Shown: piece by piece, positions 1-8,423 of the stretch | Layout of the letters: every line of letters begins with the position of its first letter | How positions within the stretch are numbered: position 1 is the stretch's first letter | Virus record (IMG/VR): IMGVR_UViG_2663763232_000003 | Coordinates: 1 to 20,699 of that record | Source of the DNA: a virus | Taxonomy: Duplodnaviria > Heunggongvirae > Uroviricota > Caudoviricetes | Reading direction: 5' to 3' (one strand) | DNA length: 20,699 bases | Notes under the pieces: generated by a model | The model's database searches: none | What the model was told of the DNA's origin: nothing | What the model saw: the letters and a program-made list of their open reading frames with translations, nothing else | Program-made: the position numbers and the translations under genes

Positions 1-222
1 ATAAAGGACGGTTTGGGGCGTCATATCGGGAGCTGCGGACCACTTAATCGCAACTTCCTTAATTTTGATGATATTTAAAATTATTTTTCCAGTTTTTTGA
101 TTTTTCAACGCCTGAATATCGGAAATAGTCAGTGACGAACATCAGTATTTTTACATCATTACGTCCGGGTCATTGTCGGTTTATCTCCTTTTACTTGTGG
201 TAATTGAGGGATAACAACAAAA

Positions 223-246
223 AAGGTGAGTTTTGCGACTCACCTT
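223..246. terminator. Bidirectional intrinsic terminator hairpin 3' of mlaA
   Basis: Perfect inverted repeat GGTGAGT-(6 nt loop)-ACTCACC (225-244) flanked by an A-run upstream and a T-run downstream, so it reads as stem plus U-tract on either strand. It sits 14 nt beyond the mlaA stop (TAA, complement of 260-262). Confidence 0.6.
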
Positions 247-259
247 TTTTATTTGTTTC

Positions 260-1015
260 TTATTCAGAATCAATATCTTTTAAATCATCCTGAATCGCTT
301 GTGCGTTCGGATTTTCCTGCGGTTTGAGTTCGCCGCCATTAGCGATGAAATCATGACGCTGGAAGTACGCTTCGCGCACCATAATATAAGGATCGGACGA
401 CTGACGCAGCAGACCATCGGAATCCAACAACTGCGCACGAGTTTCTATCCCTTCAAGCGTCCATTTACCCACAGACATCGGCCAGGTCAGCCAGGAAAGA
501 ACCGGGTAAAGACCATCCGCCATATCACCACCGTCATCACGCAGCGTGAAGCTACCGTAGAACGGTAACTGGACGTAAGGCCCATAACCCACGCCATAAT
601 GACCAAGCGTACTACCGAAGCGGTGAGGTTCAGTCCGTTGCAGTTTCGGGTTCGCCATCCCTGCAACATCAATAAAACCGCCCATCCCCAAAATGGTGTT
701 CAGGAAAAAGCGGGTAAAGTGGACCATCCCCTGATAAGGGTCGCCCTGCAAGAAGTAGTTAACCATCACCGCAGGTTCTTCAAGGTTGCCAGTAAAGTTG
801 CTCAAACCGTTACGCGCCGGTTGCGGAACATAATCACGCCAGGCGACAGCGACCGGTCGAACAATATACGGGTCTAATACATTGAAGTTGAAGTTGTACA
901 TGGTGCGGTTGAACCCTTCTAACGGGTCAGAACGCCCTTGCTGATCTGTACCGGAACTCGCACACCCCACCAGAAGCGTAGTTCCCAGAGCAAGCGCCGA
1001 CAGGCGAAGCTTCAT
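260..1015 (-). CDS. mlaA: MlaA/VacJ outer-membrane lipoprotein (phospholipid transport, Mla pathway)
   Basis: 251-aa ORF with a lipoprotein signal (MKLRLSALALGTTLLVGC, lipobox LVGC); length and sequence agree with E. coli VacJ/MlaA as I recall it. GGGAGA ribosome-binding site upstream of the ATG at 1015. Confidence 0.9.
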   Translation of the reverse strand: MKLRLSALALGTTLLVGCASSGTDQQGRSDPLEGFNRTMYNFNFNVLDPYIVRPVAVAWRDYVPQPARNGLSNFTGNLEEPAVMVNYFLQGDPYQGMVHFTRFFLNTILGMGGFIDVAGMANPKLQRTEPHRFGSTLGHYGVGYGPYVQLPFYGSFTLRDDGGDMADGLYPVLSWLTWPMSVGKWTLEGIETRAQLLDSDGLLRQSSDPYIMVREAYFQRHDFIANGGELKPQENPNAQAIQDDLKDIDSE

Positions 1016-1308
1016 AAATGTCTCCCTGTTTTTTTATGGCTTATGCAGTTTGCCATCCATGACGGAACGATACCGTATCCGCCTGTTTAGGTGTGGGCGA
1101 TTGTAACAGCACGTCAACTGATGTCCAGACGCCCTGATTTGCTGATTTGATCATAGCCTGGTAATCGCCGCCCTGTAGGCTACTTGATTCTATAGAAACA
1201 GAAAAAGGCAAACGCAGCCTTTTCTACATTTTCAGAGTAACTCCCGTCAGTTGCGAGCAAAAAAGCCGCTACGCTTTAGCTATACGTGCTAATTCAAGAG
1301 AAGAGACC

Positions 1309-2241
1309 ATGGACAACGACAAAATTGATCAACACAGCGACGAAATTGAAGTTGAGAGCGAAGAAAAAGAGCGCGGCAAAAAAATAGAAATAGATGAAGA
1401 CCGACTCCCCTCCCGGGCGATGGCAATTCATGAGCATATCCGCCAGGATGGTGAAAAAGAGCTGGAACGCGACGCAATGGCGCTACTGTGGTCAGCCATT
1501 GCGGCGGGTCTGTCGATGGGCGCTTCGTTACTGGCAAAAGGGATATTTCATGTCGAACTGGAAGGTGTGCCGGGCAGCTTCTTGCTGGAGAATCTCGGTT
1601 ATACCTTTGGTTTTATTATCGTCATTATGGCCCGCCAGCAATTATTTACCGAAAATACCGTGACTGCGGTACTACCCGTCATGCAAAAACCGACAATGAG
1701 CAACGTCGGCTTACTTATACGGTTATGGGGCGTCGTGCTGCTGGGTAATATTCTCGGGACAGGTATTGCGGCGTGGGCATTTGAATATATGCCTATCTTC
1801 AATGAAGAAACTCGCGATGCATTTGTCAAAATCGGCATGGATGTGATGAAGAACACCCCCAGCGAGATGTTTGCCAACGCGATCATTTCCGGCTGGCTGA
1901 TCGCCACTATGGTTTGGATGTTTCCTGCAGCGGGTGCGGCAAAGATTGTGGTGATTATATTGATGACCTGGCTTATTGCCCTGGGTGACACCACCCATAT
2001 CGTGGTCGGTTCTGTTGAAATCCTCTATCTGGTGTTTAACGGTACGCTGCACTGGAGCGATTTCATCTGGCCCTTCGCACTACCTACTTTAGCGGGGAAC
2101 ATCTGCGGCGGCACCTTTATCTTCGCGTTAATGAGTCATGCACAGATTCGTAACGACATGAGCAATAAGCGTAAAGCAGAAGCACGCCAAAAAGCAGAAC
2201 GTGCGGAAAACATTAAGAAAAATTATAAAAACCCGGCATAA
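1309..2241 (+). CDS. yfdC: Formate/nitrite transporter-family inner membrane protein YfdC
   Basis: 310-aa ORF with multiple hydrophobic transmembrane segments, acidic N-terminus and basic C-terminus; position between mlaA and argW matches E. coli yfdC. GAGAAGAGA ribosome-binding site before the ATG at 1309. Confidence 0.85.
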   Translation: MDNDKIDQHSDEIEVESEEKERGKKIEIDEDRLPSRAMAIHEHIRQDGEKELERDAMALLWSAIAAGLSMGASLLAKGIFHVELEGVPGSFLLENLGYTFGFIIVIMARQQLFTENTVTAVLPVMQKPTMSNVGLLIRLWGVVLLGNILGTGIAAWAFEYMPIFNEETRDAFVKIGMDVMKNTPSEMFANAIISGWLIATMVWMFPAAGAAKIVVIILMTWLIALGDTTHIVVGSVEILYLVFNGTLHWSDFIWPFALPTLAGNICGGTFIFALMSHAQIRNDMSNKRKAEARQKAERAENIKKNYKNPA

Positions 2242-2316
2242 ATGGCGAGGGTTTAAGCAATCGAGCGGCAGCGTACTTACCCCGCACTCCATTAGCGGGT
2301 ATACTCATGCCGCATT

Positions 2317-2391
2317 GTCCTCTTAGTTAAATGGATATAACGAGCCCCTCCTAAGGGCTAATTGCAGGTTCGATTCCTGCAGGGGACACCA
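2317..2391 (+). tRNA. argW: tRNA-Arg (anticodon CCU)
   Basis: 75-nt sequence GTCCTCTTAGTTAAATGGATATAACGAGCCCCTCCTAAGGGCTAATTGCAGGTTCGATTCCTGCAGGGGACACCA: acceptor stem GTCCTCT/AGGGGAC, T-arm GGTTCGATTCC, anticodon loop CUCCUAA, encoded 3' CCA. Matches the E. coli argW sequence from memory. Confidence 0.93.
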
Positions 2392-2552
2392 TTTATCAGT
2401 TCGCTCCCATCCGTACCAGTCCGCAAAATCCCCTGAATATCAAGCCTTCCGTATATTCACGGTTCGTCATGGTTCGCGTCAGATCGTTGACAGCCGCACT
2501 CCATGACGGGTAAAAAGTGGATAAAATAATTTTACCCACCGGATTTTTACCC

Positions 2553-3710
2553 ATGCTCACCGTTAAGCAGATTGAAGCAGCAAAGCCGAAAGAAAAACCA
2601 TACCGCCTTCTCGATGGTAATGGCCTGTACCTTTATGTCCCTGTATCCGGGAAAAAGGTATGGCAGCTTCGCTACAAGATTGACGGTAAGGAGAAAATCC
2701 TGACCGTAGGAAAATATCCGCTAATGACTTTGCAGGAGGCAAGAGATAAAGCATGGACCGCGAGGAAAGACATCTCGGTTGGCATCGATCCGGTAAAAGC
2801 GAAAAAGGCTTCGTCTAACAACAATTCCTTTAGTGCAATTTACAAGGAATGGTACGAACACAAGAAGCAAGTCTGGTCAGTAGGGTATGCGACTGAACTT
2901 GCAAAAATGTTTGATGACGACATTTTACCCATCATCGGCGGCCTTGAAATTCAGGATATTGAGCCGATGCAACTACTGGAAGTAATCCGCAGATTTGAAG
3001 ATCGCGGTGCAATGGAGCGAGCCAACAAAGCACGTAGAAGATGCGGCGAGGTTTTCCGTTACGCTATTGTCACTGGTAGGGCTAAATATAACCCGGCACC
3101 TGACCTTGCTGACGCCATGAAAGGATACCGCAAGAAGAACTTCCCGTTTCTTCCTGCAGACCAGATCCCGGCATTCAACAAAGCACTGGCAACATTTTCA
3201 GGAAGCATCGTATCGCTCATTGCGACCAAAGTTTTACGCTACACAGCCCTAAGAACGAAAGAGCTTCGTTCCATGCTATGGAAGAACGTCGATTTTGAAA
3301 ACAGGATTATCACCATCGACGCCAGTGTGATGAAGGGACGCAAAATTCATGTGGTCCCGATGTCAGACCAGGTGGTTGAACTTCTCACTACGCTAAGTTC
3401 AATCACCAAACCAGTCTCAGAGTTTGTTTTTGCCGGGCGCAACGATAAGAAGAAGCCAATCTGCGAGAACGCGGTATTGCTTGTGATCAAACAAATCGGC
3501 TATGAAGGTCTGGAAAGCGGTCACGGATTCAGGCATGAATTCAGCACGATTATGAACGAGCACGAATGGCCTGCTGACGCTATTGAAGTGCAACTGGCAC
3601 ATGCCAACGGCGGATCTGTGCGCGGTATTTACAACCATGCTCAGTATCTCGATAAGCGCAGAGAAATGATGCAGTGGTGGGCGGATTGGATTGATGAAAA
3701 GGTGGAGTGA
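2553..3710 (+). CDS. int: Phage tyrosine integrase (P4/Sf6/IntS type)
   Basis: The ORF track starts this ORF at a GTG at 2517; I call the ATG at 2553 (MLTVKQIEAAKP...), which gives 385 aa, the length of E. coli IntS. C-terminal catalytic signature HGFRHEF ... RGIYNHAQY (H-x-x-R and catalytic Tyr). Location next to the tRNA 3' end is typical. Neither candidate start has a strong ribosome-binding site, so the start is uncertain. Confidence 0.88.
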   Translation: MLTVKQIEAAKPKEKPYRLLDGNGLYLYVPVSGKKVWQLRYKIDGKEKILTVGKYPLMTLQEARDKAWTARKDISVGIDPVKAKKASSNNNSFSAIYKEWYEHKKQVWSVGYATELAKMFDDDILPIIGGLEIQDIEPMQLLEVIRRFEDRGAMERANKARRRCGEVFRYAIVTGRAKYNPAPDLADAMKGYRKKNFPFLPADQIPAFNKALATFSGSIVSLIATKVLRYTALRTKELRSMLWKNVDFENRIITIDASVMKGRKIHVVPMSDQVVELLTTLSSITKPVSEFVFAGRNDKKKPICENAVLLVIKQIGYEGLESGHGFRHEFSTIMNEHEWPADAIEVQLAHANGGSVRGIYNHAQYLDKRREMMQWWADWIDEKVE

Positions 3711-3740
3711 TCCACCTTAACCACAATTGAATAGCACAAA

Positions 3741-3770
3741 GCCTTGCAATTCAGTGCAAAGCTTTTTGTG
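3741..3770 (+). terminator. Putative intrinsic terminator between the convergent int and tailspike genes
   Basis: Imperfect hairpin GCCTTGCA-ATTCAG-TGCAAAGC (7 of 8 bp paired) followed by TTTTTGTG on the plus strand, with an A-rich tract on the other side. Lies in the 223-bp convergent intergenic region. Confidence 0.4.
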
Positions 3771-3933
3771 TCTCAGTTTTGCCCCATCAACCACAGCAAG
3801 TCATCGATCGATTAAGATTAAGTAAAGCTATCTGGAAACAGATCTTTTTCTGTGTTCTTATTATTATGTAAATATAACCCCACTAATGTGAGGTTATTCT
3901 ACAGAATATGTTAATTACCCAACCATCGAAATA

Positions 3934-5838
3934 TCATGCGGATGGCGCATAAATTCCGTTAAAGTTAATTGAAATATCGTAATGTTGCATGTTGGCAGGA
4001 GTAATCAGTAAATCTCTAAGTGTAACAACCACCCAGGGATTATCAGTGTTTGCTTTATCACAATAAACTCTTGTCGTTGTGGTTGACCCGGCATATACAG
4101 ATACATTTGCCGCAGATAATGTTCCGTCACTAGTGGCGTAATATGTTGCTGATGGCATTGTTGCAGTGCGGCCATGCGTTATTTCCACGATGCCAGCACT
4201 CACCACAGAAACAGAGATATTATTTCTAATCCACTCTGGGACACCAGAGCCTGAAGGCGGTCTTCCATAACGAATGACTCCTGTTTTTGTATTAACAATA
4301 AAAGAGACGTCGGCATACACCGTGATTTTTAAAGTGAATGCATTGCCAACACGAAGTGGCTCTGCGTAGGCCCTGGCACCTTCTATACCCATAGTGCGAT
4401 TGACATATGCTGTAGCATAAAACCAGTTTTCTGCATTGTCTGCAATTTCTACAGAAAAATATTCCCCATCAGCAGAAACAACTAATTTATGGGCATTGGA
4501 AATTTTCCATTCACTGTTTACTTCTTTAGATAAAAGAACCCATTTATCGTTATCATTGCTGTATTTAATAGTACCAGCGACTAATTTTGATCTTGTCCAA
4601 GGTGGGGCAAAATTTGAATATTGCGCTAAATCGGTTGAGGTTTTATTACTCGCCCCTCCTTTGACTATAGACCATAACCCCCTAGCACCTTCTCGCCCCA
4701 TCGTATTGTAACCACGTTGTGTATAATGGACGCCTCCATCGTAAGTGCCAATATTGCCATCACCTTTTAAAAATGAAGGACAACCATCAAATACTGTCAC
4801 AGCATCAGTTTTGTTATTACAAACCCATCTTTGTGCATTTTGAATAGCAGCCCATGATTCTTCCGTTCGGTTCCCAGGGCAACCAACGGTAAAATTACCA
4901 AATAAATCAAAATTAATATCGGCTTTCAGGTCATCTATCAAGGCTATAAAGCGGTCTCTATAAGAATTGTATGTGGTTCCTGATGACATATCCGTTTCAC
5001 CCTGATGGAACAATACATACGTTTTACCGACAGGCAGACCTGCGGCAACCATCGCCTTTTTAGCTGATACCACGGCATTCACCAACAGCGAGTAGTATGT
5101 TGTCCCTTTTGATAGATGTGCTATCGACATTGCGCCACGGCCACAATGTATCTCCACTGAACCGCGCCCACTAAGGCGATACCATTCATTCTCAAATTCT
5201 CCCCAGGCATGTCCTGATGATGCAACTCCTGAAGAACTAACCACATTCTGAATTATTGGCTTTATAGTTCCATCTTTAAAATCGTACATTAACGATTTAG
5301 GAAGAGGATCTGGAAAACCTGATGTATCACCTGATAAAATAGCCTCGCCTGCGCTATTTGATTGCCCATACGTAACAAACACATCATATACATTTGGCGA
5401 CTCAAGGTATTCTGTTGCAATAACATTACTTGCTATTTTTGATGCGGTTACTCCAGATATCATTACTGTACTATTAGTTTCTGACAACCTGCTTTCTAAT
5501 TGATCTGGATCATACTTCAATACGTTTGGAAAATAGAATTGCTGCGAACCATACGCATCATAAACAGCCATAGAATGGCCTTGCACAGTTACGAATTTGG
5601 CAATCTGTCCGTTATATACAGGGTAACCAGCAGCGTTAATGATGATTGGTTGAGAAACAGGAACGTGAGAGCCATCTTCGTTCTCCACATAAGTCTGAAT
5701 CTGGTTTTCAGGATTTACAGGGTCAGTATCAATTTTACCGATATAAATTTTGCCATTAGCTACGGCTTTAAAGGAACGAGCCATAGTGAAGAGTTGCGAA
5801 GGCATTCCAATTACAACATTTGGGGTGATTTCCGTCAT
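3934..5838 (-). CDS. Tailspike protein: P22-type N-terminal head-binding domain fused to an SGNH/SASA-like acetylesterase receptor module
   Basis: The N-terminus [59 protein letters not shown]...[17 protein letters not shown]...NVLKYDPDQ is closely similar to the P22 gp9 head-binding domain. AGGA ribosome-binding site 8 nt before the ATG at 5838. The ORF track extends the frame to 5931, adding 31 residues (see findings). Downstream motifs [17 protein letters not shown] and DGGVHY fit the esterase family. Last gene of the late operon. Confidence 0.85.
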   Translation of the reverse strand: MTEITPNVVIGMPSQLFTMARSFKAVANGKIYIGKIDTDPVNPENQIQTYVENEDGSHVPVSQPIIINAAGYPVYNGQIAKFVTVQGHSMAVYDAYGSQQFYFPNVLKYDPDQLESRLSETNSTVMISGVTASKIASNVIATEYLESPNVYDVFVTYGQSNSAGEAILSGDTSGFPDPLPKSLMYDFKDGTIKPIIQNVVSSSGVASSGHAWGEFENEWYRLSGRGSVEIHCGRGAMSIAHLSKGTTYYSLLVNAVVSAKKAMVAAGLPVGKTYVLFHQGETDMSSGTTYNSYRDRFIALIDDLKADINFDLFGNFTVGCPGNRTEESWAAIQNAQRWVCNNKTDAVTVFDGCPSFLKGDGNIGTYDGGVHYTQRGYNTMGREGARGLWSIVKGGASNKTSTDLAQYSNFAPPWTRSKLVAGTIKYSNDNDKWVLLSKEVNSEWKISNAHKLVVSADGEYFSVEIADNAENWFYATAYVNRTMGIEGARAYAEPLRVGNAFTLKITVYADVSFIVNTKTGVIRYGRPPSGSGVPEWIRNNISVSVVSAGIVEITHGRTATMPSATYYATSDGTLSAANVSVYAGSTTTTRVYCDKANTDNPWVVVTLRDLLITPANMQHYDISINFNGIYAPSA

Positions 5839-6029
5839 GGGCGCAATCCTATTAGATTGACTCGATAAAGAAGAAAATGGAGTTAATGCTACAAATGACG
5901 CTATTGATTTGAAAAATGATCTTCTGTTCATTTAAGACACTCTTTAAGCATGACATTTGGTAGTAATGTAAGAAAAAATTACAATCAACTCCATAGCTAT
6001 TTAATTTTTAAAAGTGATTCACACCTGCA

Positions 6030-8423
6030 TTACCCTGACAACACATCAGACTTAGCACCCTGAGTCAGGGCGTTAATGGCCTTTTGCGCCTGCTGCATGG
6101 CTTTCTCAAATGCTGTTGACCCGCGTGGGGTATTTGCCATTCGGAGCATTGCATTTCTGAATGGTTCGCTCTCATAGGCGCGCGTAAGAAGTCCGTAGCT
6201 TACTGCTGCGCCAGTTGTCGCCGGGTTCATTGCCGTCCCATACCCAATAATGAACGGGATAGTTTGCTGCCCTGTGGGTGTTGTTACTGCAGCTTTTGCA
6301 GCCTGCTGCGTGGATTGCAGGTAGTTTTTTAATCCTTTCAGATAAGCGGCTTCCTGACCTTTAAATGTGATGCCAGTCTGGTTTTGCAGGATGTTAAGCT
6401 GTCGAAGGAACTGGTCAGGGGAGCCACCTGATTTCTCCATCGCCTTTCCAATGATGCCATTGCGCATTTGCGCCCTGCCAACACGACCAACTGAGTTATA
6501 CAGCGTCTTAATTTCCGATTTGTTCTTGCTGAATAGCATGTTGTTGACAACTTCCGGCGTCAGGTCGCCTTTCATGAGAACATTCTTCAGCCTGGTATTC
6601 TTTAGTTTCGCCGCTTCGTCAGCGTAGACGGCATTGGCCTGCTGATATTTACGGAGAGTATCGTTGCCAAGATTCTGACCAATGGCACCATTGATATCGT
6701 CGGTCATTGCCTTGTAAACGCGCTGAATGGCAGCATCGGAACGGTTTGGTAACACTGGTCGCTCCCCCTTCACGTCCATTCTGAACTGGCTGCGCAGATC
6801 GCTTAATTGCTTCAAATCCAGATTTACCGGACCATCAGGACCAGCATTGCGAACAAGCTCATCACGATAGGACTGAAGTTTTGAAATAGTCTCGTTATCA
6901 GCAACCTTACCAAGCTTCTGCAGGTTAGATATTTCTGTATCAATCTGCTGAATTGCTCTTGCAGGCTGAATGTTTATTCCTGCCATAGCATTCTGAACCT
7001 GCTCAAGACGGTTCCCTGCAGCACGACGAATTCCTGATGTTTTCGCTTTAAGGCTGTCAATAACAACAGCTGGATCATACTCACCGAATTTATCAGCAAA
7101 TCTCTGCACCAACTGGCTTCTCGCTTCCTGTTGCGTTGCTCTCATTCCGCTTGTGCCAGCCAGGGGGATATTTTCCGCTGTCGTCTGCGCCATTTTTCCG
7201 ACGCGGGAAGTGGGTTGTAACAGGTCTGTGGTGTGCAGAGGAACTCCTTCACGTTCTGCAAATCTGATAGCCTGTTGCGCTTCTGGTGCTATCGAACCAC
7301 GAACACCACGATAAGCAGCACCTAATCCACGTCCGGCAGCGTTAATAGCACCGCCAGCCAGCACACCAACGCCTAAATCGGTGGCGAGTGCTTCCGCATC
7401 ATCTTTCGCACTGTTTGCAGCAAGTGATCCAACTGCGTTTTCTGCGAGAAGGCGAGTTGCCCCCTGAGCAATTCGACCAGCAAGTGTTGGTGCCTGTGCT
7501 GCCGCTCTCTCAACGCCAGCAGGAGTGAGGTAAGGCAATGCTTCAGCAAATACCCTTCCCTCTGTCGTTTGTGGAGTCAGCGCGCCTTGCTGAAGGCCAA
7601 AGTCCTGCTCTAATCCCTGCGTTGTTACTCGTGGTGCTGGTTGATATGTACCATCGCCAATGCCGAGTTTACCGCCAGCCCAAGCCGCCGCGCTTGTTAC
7701 AGCATCAGTGAGTTCAGCAGGTATGTTCGCTACGTTGATTCCTGCCTGTAGTAAGCCGCGCCCGGTTTCAGCAAGTCCATTACCAAGGTCAGACATTATT
7801 CCGCCTTGCTGCTGAACAGGTTTCGGTGCGACAGAACTTACGGGTTGAGGTGGCTGCTGACTGGCTGCCTGCTGCTCAATCTGAGCAAATGGATTATTTG
7901 GGTCTGACTGCACGCCTGATGCCGATACTTGTTCGGATGACTGTGCTTCCAGTTGTGCAAACGGGTTGTTAGGGTCTTGCTGAGGATGTACCTTTGCAGA
8001 GGTGGCGCGCTGTTCGACTGTTGAGTCTGTCACCGGGTCACCCGCCCATTGAGCAAAGCGATCATCAACGTAACCGCGGCCTTCAGGTCCTGGCGTATAT
8101 TCACCACGCTTTGCCTTCATAACGTTGCCGGGACCGTCGTGATAAGCCTGAAGAGCGTCACGCCAGTTACCAAACTGCTGGTACATCTTTGCCAGATAGC
8201 GCGCGCCAGCGTCAGCCTGATATTCGGGGTTTTGCATTTGCTCATCGGTATAACCCATATCACGCCATGTCCCAGGCATGACCTGAGTCAATCCTACAGC
8301 CCCGGCGGAGCTTACTGCGGCAGGGTTGTAAGAAGACTCCTTGGCACCCAGTGCAGTCATCAACCCTTCTGGCACACCGTAACGTGCGCCAGCCTGCTCT
8401 AACAAATCACGGTAATTAGCCAT
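6030..8423 (-). CDS. gp16-like ejection (DNA-transfer) protein with N-terminal lytic transglycosylase domain
   Basis: 797-aa ORF in the position of P22 gene 16. N-terminal ~100 aa carry soluble lytic transglycosylase motifs (GAKESSYNPAAVSSAGAVGLTQVMPGTW ... AYHDGPGNV). Gln/Pro-rich linker with a duplicated DPNNPFAQ(L/I)E segment. Its start is immediately adjacent to the gp20 stop. Confidence 0.8.
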   Translation of the reverse strand: MANYRDLLEQAGARYGVPEGLMTALGAKESSYNPAAVSSAGAVGLTQVMPGTWRDMGYTDEQMQNPEYQADAGARYLAKMYQQFGNWRDALQAYHDGPGNVMKAKRGEYTPGPEGRGYVDDRFAQWAGDPVTDSTVEQRATSAKVHPQQDPNNPFAQLEAQSSEQVSASGVQSDPNNPFAQIEQQAASQQPPQPVSSVAPKPVQQQGGIMSDLGNGLAETGRGLLQAGINVANIPAELTDAVTSAAAWAGGKLGIGDGTYQPAPRVTTQGLEQDFGLQQGALTPQTTEGRVFAEALPYLTPAGVERAAAQAPTLAGRIAQGATRLLAENAVGSLAANSAKDDAEALATDLGVGVLAGGAINAAGRGLGAAYRGVRGSIAPEAQQAIRFAEREGVPLHTTDLLQPTSRVGKMAQTTAENIPLAGTSGMRATQQEARSQLVQRFADKFGEYDPAVVIDSLKAKTSGIRRAAGNRLEQVQNAMAGINIQPARAIQQIDTEISNLQKLGKVADNETISKLQSYRDELVRNAGPDGPVNLDLKQLSDLRSQFRMDVKGERPVLPNRSDAAIQRVYKAMTDDINGAIGQNLGNDTLRKYQQANAVYADEAAKLKNTRLKNVLMKGDLTPEVVNNMLFSKNKSEIKTLYNSVGRVGRAQMRNGIIGKAMEKSGGSPDQFLRQLNILQNQTGITFKGQEAAYLKGLKNYLQSTQQAAKAAVTTPTGQQTIPFIIGYGTAMNPATTGAAVSYGLLTRAYESEPFRNAMLRMANTPRGSTAFEKAMQQAQKAINALTQGAKSDVLSG

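Noticed and set aside
1202-1223. Short inverted repeat AAAAGGC-(7 nt)-GCCTTTT in the mlaA-yfdC divergent intergenic region
   Set aside because: Only three G:C pairs, and it sits where promoters rather than terminators are expected. It may be incidental or an operator-like site; there is too little evidence to annotate.
1394-2052. Several alternative-frame and antisense ORFs overlapping yfdC and mlaA (for example 1394-1663, 1488-1748, 1599-1994, 1723-2052, 299-568)
   Set aside because: All overlap the strongly supported mlaA or yfdC frames; no ribosome-binding sites and no domain-like sequence.
2517-2552. GTG at 2517 as the integrase start (397-aa product)
   Set aside because: The ATG at 2553 gives the 385-aa length of E. 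coli IntS. Neither candidate has a strong ribosome-binding site, so this is a weak preference rather than a firm call.
3701-3716. Hairpin GGTGGA-GTGA-TCCACC overlapping the integrase stop codon
   Set aside because: No U-tract follows it; the better terminator candidate is the hairpin at 3741-3770.
5839-5931. Using the ATG at 5931 as the primary tailspike start (665-aa product)
   Set aside because: Homology to the P22 gp9 N-terminus begins exactly at the internal Met, which also has the better ribosome-binding site. The extension is kept as a finding rather than as the annotated start.
7870-7990. Possible DNA tandem repeat inside the gp16 gene
   Set aside because: It is only a diverged duplication encoding the two DPNNPFAQ(L/I)E peptide units, not a discrete repeat element or CRISPR-like array; it is folded into the gp16 finding.
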